From Candidatus Omnitrophota bacterium (GTDB taxonomy: Bacteria; Omnitrophota; Gorgyraeia; Zapsychrales; Fredricksoniimonadaceae), in the NCBI GenBank assembly GCA_903944345.1, contig CAJARJ010000014.1, positions 990-64,989 on the forward strand: a stretch of 64,000 nt of DNA, in the 5' to 3' direction. Below the pieces are notes generated by a model. That model did not search any database. It had not been told where the DNA came from and saw only the letters and a list, made by a program, of their open reading frames with translations. Position numbers and translations under genes: made by a program. Below, in pieces: positions 56,281-64,000 of this stretch. Position 1 is the first letter of the stretch. Each line of letters opens with the position of its first letter.

Positions 56281-58404
56281 CTACGAATTCTTTTCAGCGG
56301 CCGCGATGGCTTTCTTGCGGCTCAGATTATAACGACCTTTCTCATCGACTTCGACAAGAACGACCTGAAATTCGTCTCCGACTTTAATAATTTCGTTCGG
56401 ATCCTTGACATATTTAACCGCCAGCTCGGAAACATGAACCAAACCTTCCTTGCCGGGCATAAACTCACAAAAAGCTCCAAAATTCATGATACGCACAACA
56501 CGGGCATCATAAATCGTTCCAACTTCCGGCTCCTGCAACATCGAAGAAAGGAACTTCATGACTTTATCCAGTGCAGCCTGATCCGGAGCGGAAACAAGAG
56601 CCTTACCGTCATCGTCAATATCAATCGCCGAAGCTCCGGTCGTTTCGATAATCATACGAATTGTCTTGCCGCCAGGACCAATAACTTCCCCGATCCTGTC
56701 CTGGGGAATCTGGATGCTGGCAATACGCGGTGCATAAGCCGACGTTTGGGGACGCGCAGCCGGAATTGTCCGGTTCATCAACGCCAAAATCTGCTCACGC
56801 CCTTCTCTGGCCTGATCAATCGCTTTGCCAAGAAGCTCAAGCGAAATATGACGAATCTTGAGATCCAGCTGAATAGCCGTAATCCCTGTTGTTGTTCCAG
56901 CCACCTTGAAATCCATATCCCCAAAGTGATCTTCCAACCCCTGAATGTCTGTTATCAGAACCGCCCGTTTAGCATCGGAAATAAGTCCGACTGAAATACC
57001 AGCGACCGGAGCCTTGATCGGAACACCCGCATCCATAAGAGCCAGCGAACCGGCACATACAGTTGCCATACTGGACGAGCCATTGGACTCAAGAATTTCA
57101 GATACAACCCTGATTGTATAAGGAAACACTTCCTGATCCGGAACAACAGCTTCAAGAGCACGATGAGCCAAAGCACCATGCCCTATCTCGCGCCGGCCGG
57201 GGCCGCGCATCGGCTTGGTTTCTCCGACAGAAAATGACGGAAAATTATAATGCAACATAAATTTACGGTAACTTGTACCGGTAATAGACTCCATTAACTG
57301 CTCATCAACCTTGGTGCCCAAAGTAATAATAGCCAGACTTTGAGTCTGCCCGCGGGTAAAAAGACCAGTTCCATGAGTTCTGGGCAACAAACCGACCTCA
57401 GCTGCCAGGGAACGAACATCTTTAAGACCTCGCCCGTCAGCTCTCAATCCACGTTCAAAAATATTCTTTCGCATAACATCATACTGCATCAGCTCAAAAA
57501 CACTCCTGACGTCATTTTCGCAGACTTCATATTCGGCAGTATTAAATTCGGCGTAAATCGCAAGATCCGCCGTCAGGGAAGCATAAAGTTCATTGGTTTT
57601 ATTCTCGCGATCTTTTTTGTCCGCGATCCCCTCGAGAATCTGCTCAAGCCTGGACATACCCAAAGCCCGAACCTTGGCAGAAAACGCCGCAGGCAAAGTT
57701 CTGGTCTTAATAACCTGCTTTTCCTTGCCAGCCTGCTTGCGCAGTTCATTCTGAATTTCACGGGAAGCCTGAAAAGAACTGTGGGCAAAGGCCAACATTT
57801 CCTTGATTTTGGCATCCGGAACTTGTTTGCCCTCTCCCTCGATCATAACAATACCATCAGCATCACCGGCTACAATATAATCCAGTTCGCTAAGACTTCT
57901 TTGCTCATATGAAGGATTGGCAATAAAATTTCCATCGACCAGAGAAACCCGTACCGCGCTGATCGGCGCTTCAAAAGGAATGTCAGAAACCATCAGGGCA
58001 GCCGAAGCTCCAATGATGGAAAGAATATCCGGATCAACAGTATCGTCAGCAGAAAGAACCGTGGCCACAATCTGGACTTCGTTTAACAGCCCCTCGGGAA
58101 ACAAGGGACGAATCGGCCGGTCAATAAGACGGGAGGTCAGGACTTCCTTTTCGGTCGGCTTGCCTTCCCGCTTGAAAAATCCGCCAGGGATACGTCCGCT
58201 GGCATACGTTTTTTCCTGATACTCAACGGTAAGAGGAAAGAAATCTATTCCCGCTCTCGGCTGCTTGGCAATACAGGCAGTCACCAGAACAATTGTCCCT
58301 TGACAGGAAACAACAACCGCACCGTTAGCCTGTTTTGCATATTTGCCCGTCTCAATAACAAGAGTATGGGCGCCGTACGGAACTTCTACACGTGCAATAG
58401 CCAT
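56281..58404 (-). CDS. pnp: Polyribonucleotide nucleotidyltransferase
   Basis: GRIPGGFFKRE, FTRGQTQ, RREIGHG, GDMDFKVAG, KH and S1 domains. Confidence 0.97.
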   Translation of the reverse strand: MAIARVEVPYGAHTLVIETGKYAKQANGAVVVSCQGTIVLVTACIAKQPRAGIDFFPLTVEYQEKTYASGRIPGGFFKREGKPTEKEVLTSRLIDRPIRPLFPEGLLNEVQIVATVLSADDTVDPDILSIIGASAALMVSDIPFEAPISAVRVSLVDGNFIANPSYEQRSLSELDYIVAGDADGIVMIEGEGKQVPDAKIKEMLAFAHSSFQASREIQNELRKQAGKEKQVIKTRTLPAAFSAKVRALGMSRLEQILEGIADKKDRENKTNELYASLTADLAIYAEFNTAEYEVCENDVRSVFELMQYDVMRKNIFERGLRADGRGLKDVRSLAAEVGLLPRTHGTGLFTRGQTQSLAIITLGTKVDEQLMESITGTSYRKFMLHYNFPSFSVGETKPMRGPGRREIGHGALAHRALEAVVPDQEVFPYTIRVVSEILESNGSSSMATVCAGSLALMDAGVPIKAPVAGISVGLISDAKRAVLITDIQGLEDHFGDMDFKVAGTTTGITAIQLDLKIRHISLELLGKAIDQAREGREQILALMNRTIPAARPQTSAYAPRIASIQIPQDRIGEVIGPGGKTIRMIIETTGASAIDIDDDGKALVSAPDQAALDKVMKFLSSMLQEPEVGTIYDARVVRIMNFGAFCEFMPGKEGLVHVSELAVKYVKDPNEIIKVGDEFQVVLVEVDEKGRYNLSRKKAIAAAEKNS

Positions 58405-58417
58405 CAATCACATCCCT

Positions 58418-58687
58418 TTATTTGCGTAAGCCCAGCTTGTTAATGGTCTCTTCGTACTTAACAGCATCTGTCTTTTTAAGATACGAAAGCAAGCGGCGGC
58501 GGCGACCGATCATCAGCAAAAGACCACGACGCGAATGGTAATCTTTTTTGTGGGTCTTGAAATGCTCGTTCAGATGATTGATCTTTTCCGTAATAAGCGC
58601 AGCCTGGACAGACGCCGAACCTGTATCTTTGGCATGCAGCTTGAAATCACGGACAACTTGTGTCTTTTTTTCCTTAACGGGACTCAA
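58418..58687 (-). CDS. rpsO: 30S ribosomal protein S15
   Basis: DTGS..VQ.A, HKKD.HSRRGL, LGLRK; TTG start after GGAGGAG gives 89 aa. Confidence 0.96.
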   Translation of the reverse strand: MSPVKEKKTQVVRDFKLHAKDTGSASVQAALITEKINHLNEHFKTHKKDYHSRRGLLLMIGRRRRLLSYLKKTDAVKYEETINKLGLRK

Positions 58688-58740
58688 CGGTACTCCTCCT
58701 GATAACAAATATTAATTTTTTCTTTTTCCGATTGGCGGCC

Positions 58741-58769
58741 ATTATACATATAGGGCCGAAGATAGTCAA
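58741..58769 (-). promoter_or_regulatory. sigma70 promoter TTGACT-N17-TATAAT (extended -10 like) for rpsO-pnp
   Basis: Perfect -10, 17-nt spacer, near-consensus -35. Confidence 0.85.
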
Positions 58770-59734
58770 GGACTGTTCTTGACCACCAGAGACTCTCTTT
58801 CAACCGGCTGAAATTCGTCGCTGCCAAAATGTTCAGGATACTCCCGCCATGGCCCCTCGCAAATATGATCGTGAATACAACGGCGGCACTGGGGGAATTT
58901 CATTTTCGCTTCATTCTTTCGAACAATTTCGAACTGCTCAATCCGCCACCCCTTATCCCAAAGATCAACGGGAGGAATGTACAGCTCGGAAACGGAATCT
59001 TCATATCCTTGCAAAAGACAGAAGGGCACTGCCTCCACCATGACCCTGATCCCTTTTTGTTTGCCGATCCTGATCCCTTCCCTGATATACGGGATAGCGT
59101 CCGTCTTCCTGGGCACGATTTCATCAAAAGACGAGCTGGCATGCCCCATGGCATGCACAAAAGCAAACTGCATGACGGACACGCGCAGACTGGCCAGAAG
59201 CTCGGCCAAAGCCGGTAAATGAGGATAATTGATTTTGGTCACCACACTATTGGTGAGAATCGGCACACGCCCACGGGCGATCTTGCGGATATTATGAATC
59301 CCCAAAACGGTCTGACGAAAACTTCCCGGGGCTCTGGTCAGCCGGTCATGAATTTCTGCGGTTGGCCCGTGCAAGGCCGGATTAAAGATCGTCATCCCGG
59401 CCAAAAGAATTTTTTCACAAAATGCCATGGACGAAAACATGCGCCCGTTAGTTTGCAGGTATACCTGCTCAAAACCCATTTTTCTGGCATGCGCCACCAA
59501 CTCAAAGATGTCCTCTCGGACAGAACATTCCCCTCCGGTAAACAAAACCTCCCGGGCACCATCCTTCCAGGAGTCGCCCATCTCCCGCATAATATCTTCT
59601 GTTGACTTGTCACCAAGGGTACGCTTGTCGGCGGCCACACAAAAATGACAGTCATTGATACATTTAAAACCGACAACAATCACAGCCCGCTTCTTGCGGC
59701 AACCGCAATGCTGCAAATTCTTTTTTACGGGCAT
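58766..59734 (-). CDS. Radical SAM protein with C-terminal Cys cluster (HxsC-like maturase type)
   Basis: CINDCHFC, FTGGE, QTNG, HD.LT..PGSF, EAVPFC, CRRC.....CEG....Y...FG..EF.PV. Confidence 0.85.
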   Translation of the reverse strand: MPVKKNLQHCGCRKKRAVIVVGFKCINDCHFCVAADKRTLGDKSTEDIMREMGDSWKDGAREVLFTGGECSVREDIFELVAHARKMGFEQVYLQTNGRMFSSMAFCEKILLAGMTIFNPALHGPTAEIHDRLTRAPGSFRQTVLGIHNIRKIARGRVPILTNSVVTKINYPHLPALAELLASLRVSVMQFAFVHAMGHASSSFDEIVPRKTDAIPYIREGIRIGKQKGIRVMVEAVPFCLLQGYEDSVSELYIPPVDLWDKGWRIEQFEIVRKNEAKMKFPQCRRCIHDHICEGPWREYPEHFGSDEFQPVERESLVVKNSP

Positions 59735-59751
59735 GGTACCTTCTTTCTCCC

Positions 59752-60297
59752 CTACTCCCCTTGTAAAAGAGGATCCGGCTCCATCTGCAGCTGGTTGCTG
59801 TTCTGAGTCTTGCGGGTCAATTCAAGAACCTTGACATTACCACCTTCGGCCAGAATCAGCAAAGGAGCCGATGTCTTGCTTGCCTCGGCGGCAAGGCCTG
59901 CGTTCATCTCCTGGATCGATGCCACTTTGCGGACAGGCTTACCGCCAGACGTCCGTGCTTCGAAAGAATCGATCCCGGCGACAAAACGCTCCACAAACTC
60001 GGCCGGCGGCTCAGCGCTTTTTTGATCAACAACTACCGTGCGCCAGCCATTCTCGTCAATAAACGGTTTTTCCGGGCTGGCCGCGGTCAACGGCTGATCA
60101 GACAGAACAACAGGCTTCAAATTTTCCTTTCGCCTGGCACGAAGATATTCTTCGACAGAGGCATATTTCTTTCCGGTAGCAAAAATTTCAATCTCCTGCT
60201 CCGGAAGCTGTTGCGCAAGGGATGCCGAACAGACAATAACCAGAACGGAAACGAAAAAAGAAATAAAGAAACTAACTGTTTGCGAAATCGATTGCAT
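59752..60297 (-). CDS. Hypothetical secreted protein
   Basis: Signal peptide ending SLA-QQ; no recognised domain. Confidence 0.65.
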   Translation of the reverse strand: MQSISQTVSFFISFFVSVLVIVCSASLAQQLPEQEIEIFATGKKYASVEEYLRARRKENLKPVVLSDQPLTAASPEKPFIDENGWRTVVVDQKSAEPPAEFVERFVAGIDSFEARTSGGKPVRKVASIQEMNAGLAAEASKTSAPLLILAEGGNVKVLELTRKTQNSNQLQMEPDPLLQGE

Positions 60298-60327
60298 AGA
60301 AATAATGAAAAATACCCCAAAGAGCCT

Positions 60328-60528
60328 TCAGTTGAGATCACCTGCGGTCTGCTGCCTGATCATCCCGGCCGGACTAGCTGCTACATCATTAACCAGTCGA
60401 TGAAAAACCCCGTTCTGCGCCGCAAAATAAATGACGACTACAATAACCGCAGCAACAAGTATGATGTATTCCAACATCTGCTGGCCACAACGATTTGACC
60501 GGGAAAAATAAGAAAATTTTATGCACAT
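60328..60528 (-). CDS. Flp/Tad-type pilin-like protein (class III signal peptide)
   Basis: Basic leader, G|QQMLEY, hydrophobic IILVAAVIVVVI; 66 aa; AAGGA RBS. Confidence 0.75.
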   Translation of the reverse strand: MCIKFSYFSRSNRCGQQMLEYIILVAAVIVVVIYFAAQNGVFHRLVNDVAASPAGMIRQQTAGDLN

Positions 60529-60634
60529 AAAATCCTTATCTGCCTTAACCTACCAGTCCATCATCAGAAAAAGGACTGTAGTCCGGCTTTTACAACAAAT
60601 ATAACACGGTCAGAACCGAAACTCCAGCAAACAG

Positions 60635-62938
60635 TTAGCGGTTCTCCACAGCATTGAACAGACGATCATAGACTTTACGCAAATAATATTCCGTCCTGGG
60701 TCTGTAGTCCCGGTTCACCGGAAGTTTCCCGAACTTCTCCCGGATATAAGCCTGATCGCCAACAAGATTGCCCGCCGAATCCCCCTCCTGAATCTGCTCA
60801 AAACGCCGTATCTCGTTCTGGACATCATCCGGATACATCGCTAAAAGACTTTCTTTAAGCGTCACATCCAAACGCAGCGGAGAAACCGAAGCCAGACAAA
60901 AACTGCCATACAAACGGACAAATGGAAAAACCTCATGCAGGGTTCTGGGAATAATCTGGTACTCATTTGACCAGATCAATAAAACCCCTTCCGGAGCCAG
61001 ATGCTGCCTGATCAATTCAAAGAACTCTGCCGAATGCAAATTGTTGCTATACACTGTCGTGGCATGCAAAGGATCCATTAATACCAGATCATATCGCTCT
61101 TTACTGCCCAGTAAAAAGCGGCGGGCATCATCTATAACCAGCTTTAATCTGGGATTGGTCAGCATCTCGCGAAAGAAATCAATCTTGGTAATATTTTTCA
61201 TCAACGTACGATTGATCTCGACTAAAGTGATATTCCTCACCGACGGCATGTCGAGCAAAACCTCCGGTGTGGTTCCTGTGCCGTAACCGATCACCAGAAC
61301 TTTTTCCTGCTGACGGGTATGACTGACGGCCTCGATAGTTTTATGATAAAAATGCAGAGCCGGACGCCAGCCATGACCTACCCCGTCAATAAAGTTAATC
61401 AGCCTCCAGGCCGAACCCTGCGCGTAAACAACTCCCTCCACACCTTCTTCGAAAAACTCCTCTTCCTGGCGAATGTCTCCGGTGATCATGCTGGTGCCCA
61501 CCCGGAACACTTGCCTGTAAAGATCTCCACGTGCAGGAAAAAACAGAAACATACAAAACAGGACTCCCGCAATCAACGCCCCTTTGGGCATCAGCCCCAG
61601 GCGCAAGGATCGAGGCAACAAAGACCACCCGCCAAGAAGCATCCCTGCCGCAATAAAAAGCGCAAGCGTACGCTCTGTTCCCAGAAAAGGTAAGAAAACA
61701 AAGCCGGTCACAATTCCACCCAGCACGTTCCCGAGAATATTAAAAAAATACACCCTGGCCACAACACTGGCCTCGTGACCCGGTTTCCCGGAACAGAGAA
61801 AGGCTATAAGAGGAAAACTGGCTCCGATAAAAAGAGCGGGAACGAAAATAAAATACATCGGCCAAAGAATAAAATCTCCGACATAAAAACCATTAACCAG
61901 TGTTCTGGACAGCCAGGATAAAGAAGAAGTGTCCAGCGGCAGCAAGTCCAAAGGCGGATGCAGATTGGAGGTAAAAGATATCTCCGTAAGAATTCTCAAA
62001 GGTGTCTGCAGTGTTAAATAAAAAACAAAAACACTGGCCCAGACACTTAACGCAACTGCCGCCTGAATACCAAAAAAAAGGTGCCGACGATTAAGCGCGG
62101 GCCGCTTGTCCAGATAAAACTTCATCCCGTAACTGCCCAGAGCGATCCCGGCCAGATAAACTCCCAGCGAAGAAGAAAAATTATACGCCGAAGCTTTGGT
62201 TAAAATACTCATCAGCCGAAACCAGATAATTTCATAACCTATCGCCAGAAAACCGGAGACAAAAACCAGGAACAAGCCCGCTCGCCCCAGAAACTCCTCC
62301 GCACCCGGAATGTTATGCCCGGAAACATCAGGGGGCTGCTCTTGCCGTGCGGCCTGGGGCCTGGCGGAAAGTGCAGCAATCATGAGGGCCAGAACACAAT
62401 TTATTGCAGCCGCAATATAAACCGCCCGATCCAGGCCAAACAATGTGATAAAAACAAAACTTGCCGTCAGACAGCCGGCCGCAGCTCCTATGGTATTAAT
62501 AAAATAAAGATAACTGATCACATGAATAAAATCGCGCCTGATCCCGGTAAAAATCTTGATCAAGACCGGGAGAGTGATCCCCATCAACATGGTAGGTACA
62601 CACAAGAAAAGAAAAATGACCAGAAAAGACAGCCAGGTACCGGCGCCTGCCGTCTGGGCGGCCAATAACTGCAAAAAAGGCAAGCTGATAACACCGAAAA
62701 GACCAATCGCCAGCTCAATATAGAAATAAAAACGAATTCTGTTACTGAACTTCTCGGCACACAAACCGCCGATCAACGCTCCAGCGCCCAGGCCGAGCAT
62801 ATAAACACTGACAATGATAGTCGTGGAAACAGAACCTACCCCCCAATACAGCGTTAGCAGCCGCTGCCAGGCCACCTGGTAGACCAAAGACGCGAATCCC
62901 GAAAAGAAAAACACCAGCAGCAGAACATTTCTTTCCAT
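60635..62938 (-). CDS. Membrane-fused spermidine synthase-like (SAM-dependent) protein
   Basis: Repeated SGF..L.Y(Q/E)..W TM blocks; VLVIGYGTG, VEIN, DARRFL, YDLVLMDP. Confidence 0.85.
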   Translation of the reverse strand: MERNVLLLVFFFSGFASLVYQVAWQRLLTLYWGVGSVSTTIIVSVYMLGLGAGALIGGLCAEKFSNRIRFYFYIELAIGLFGVISLPFLQLLAAQTAGAGTWLSFLVIFLFLCVPTMLMGITLPVLIKIFTGIRRDFIHVISYLYFINTIGAAAGCLTASFVFITLFGLDRAVYIAAAINCVLALMIAALSARPQAARQEQPPDVSGHNIPGAEEFLGRAGLFLVFVSGFLAIGYEIIWFRLMSILTKASAYNFSSSLGVYLAGIALGSYGMKFYLDKRPALNRRHLFFGIQAAVALSVWASVFVFYLTLQTPLRILTEISFTSNLHPPLDLLPLDTSSLSWLSRTLVNGFYVGDFILWPMYFIFVPALFIGASFPLIAFLCSGKPGHEASVVARVYFFNILGNVLGGIVTGFVFLPFLGTERTLALFIAAGMLLGGWSLLPRSLRLGLMPKGALIAGVLFCMFLFFPARGDLYRQVFRVGTSMITGDIRQEEEFFEEGVEGVVYAQGSAWRLINFIDGVGHGWRPALHFYHKTIEAVSHTRQQEKVLVIGYGTGTTPEVLLDMPSVRNITLVEINRTLMKNITKIDFFREMLTNPRLKLVIDDARRFLLGSKERYDLVLMDPLHATTVYSNNLHSAEFFELIRQHLAPEGVLLIWSNEYQIIPRTLHEVFPFVRLYGSFCLASVSPLRLDVTLKESLLAMYPDDVQNEIRRFEQIQEGDSAGNLVGDQAYIREKFGKLPVNRDYRPRTEYYLRKVYDRLFNAVENR

Positions 62939-62999
62939 GATCACCTCGGAAATATTGGAACGCAAATAAAGCAGAACAGAATCAAACCCGAATGGCTGG

Positions 63000-63323
63000 C
63001 TAAAGAACGATGCGCTCGGACAAGGCAGATATGAAGGGTAATAAGACCTGCCGGCCTTTAAGAGCCATCAGCATGCCCCAAAAGGCCAACAAAAAACATG
63101 CAAACCAAAGCGGACGGGCAAGCCAGGGAATCAGAATTGTTAAAAGAAGCACCGCAACTTCACAAAGAAAAAGCGCCAGCCCCTGACGTGCGTGAGACTG
63201 GACAAATTGATCATCTTTACGATAAATCAGGGGAATTACGCAGAGAAAAAAAATGTACGAGAGAAAAGCGTAAACACGATTCTCATCTATCTTCTGAAAA
63301 AAAGGCACCGCAGACTTAGGCAT
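63000..63323 (-). CDS. DUF4870/Tic20-like small membrane protein
   Basis: AFLSY..FLC.IPL..KDD.FV..HARQGL.LF, KGR...LP.I. Confidence 0.75.
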   Translation of the reverse strand: MPKSAVPFFQKIDENRVYAFLSYIFFLCVIPLIYRKDDQFVQSHARQGLALFLCEVAVLLLTILIPWLARPLWFACFLLAFWGMLMALKGRQVLLPFISALSERIVL

Positions 63324-64000
63324 TCAGTCCGACCTCAATCAGGGAATTCATATCACCAAAACCGTTGCTGACACGACGCTCATTGGCGGGATCCGATACC
63401 CAGCGGCCATCAACAACAAACTGGTACTGATATGATCCCGGCGGCAGAGACATGCGCAAAGACCATTTACCATCGGCCCCCTTCTCCATACGACACTCAT
63501 CATTGAGCGACCAGTCATTGAAAGATCCGGACAAATAAACCGACTGGGCTTCCGGAGCGACCAGTGCGAAAGTGGCCTGGGAAAGAACCTCCATCTCGCG
63601 GGAAACGATTTGCTGCATCTTCGGCGAAAACTCGGCAGACGAAGACTCCTGACGGGTGCGGCCTTCTTCGATGGCGATCAACTCCTTGGCCAGGCTGAGA
63701 TAATCCTTGGAACCACGGCAGTACTTGTCATAATGAATAACGGGCTTGCCGTCAACCGCAGCTTCCTTGAGCTTGACATTGACATGCACAATAGTTCCCA
63801 GAAGCATTTCGCCAAACTGGGAACGAATCTGATCGAGCATCACAAAAGAATGACGCAAACGGGAATCAAACATGGTCACCAGAACACGGGCCACCACCGG
63901 ATGATTCAGCCGGTCACGGATAAGCCGGACAATGTCCATCAAATGATCCACCCCCTGAACCGAAAAACGGCTCATTTCGACGGGAATCATAACCTCGTGA
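63316..64000 (-). CDS. ParA/Soj-family ATPase fused to a C-terminal CBM48 (AMPK-beta-like glycogen-binding) domain; 5' end outside the window
   Basis: Frame open to the window edge (HEVMIPVE); ParA C-half TMFDSR, NVKLKEA...GKPV..YD....S.DY..LA.E; then APEAQSVYLSGSFNDW, W...L.PGSYQYQFVVDGRW..DP.N, NGFGDMNS. Confidence 0.88.
   Translation of the reverse strand, partial: HEVMIPVEMSRFSVQGVDHLMDIVRLIRDRLNHPVVARVLVTMFDSRLRHSFVMLDQIRSQFGEMLLGTIVHVNVKLKEAAVDGKPVIHYDKYCRGSKDYLSLAKELIAIEEGRTRQESSSAEFSPKMQQIVSREMEVLSQATFALVAPEAQSVYLSGSFNDWSLNDECRMEKGADGKWSLRMSLPPGSYQYQFVVDGRWVSDPANERRVSNGFGDMNSLIEVGLNA

Noticed and set aside
63000-63323. Magnetosome gene (mamF/mmsF-like)
   Set aside because: The family is widespread in non-magnetotactic bacteria and no other mam genes are in the window.
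1-64000. CRISPR array, IS element, rRNA or alternative genetic code
   Set aside because: No regularly spaced repeats, transposase or rRNA-like stretch was seen, and conserved genes end normally at TAA, TAG and TGA.

Overview
About 50% GC bacterial chromosome segment, mostly housekeeping genes on the minus strand. It holds a dcw cluster (mraZ-orf-rsmH-ftsL-ftsI-murE-murF-mraY-murD-ftsW-murG-murC/ddl fusion-ftsQ-ftsA, with neither murB nor ftsZ), ligA-xerD-rbfA-nrnA-truB-ribF, tRNA-Pro(CGG), a riboflavin operon, and rpsO-pnp-ftsK-rodZ-rimO-pgsA-pgpA. The first 13 kb is envelope/export-related: a TpsB transporter with a duplicated POTRA pair, a secreted coiled-coil protein, an ECF sigma/anti-sigma/Spy/TolC/MacAB operon, and a signal-peptide protein carrying a RelA/SpoT-type synthetase domain. 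That domain sits between N- and C-terminal modules that I recall from the large multi-domain proteins of Candidatus Omnitrophota, so the lineage call is an inference and was not searched. The best candidates for new biology are (1) the exported alarmone-synthetase effector on a conserved chassis, (2) a ParA-CBM48 (glycogen-binding) fusion at the right edge, (3) the four-POTRA TpsB, and (4) an unknown Cys/His-rich gene inside a dcw operon that lacks ftsZ. No CRISPR array, transposase or prophage was seen. All family calls come from motif recognition by eye.
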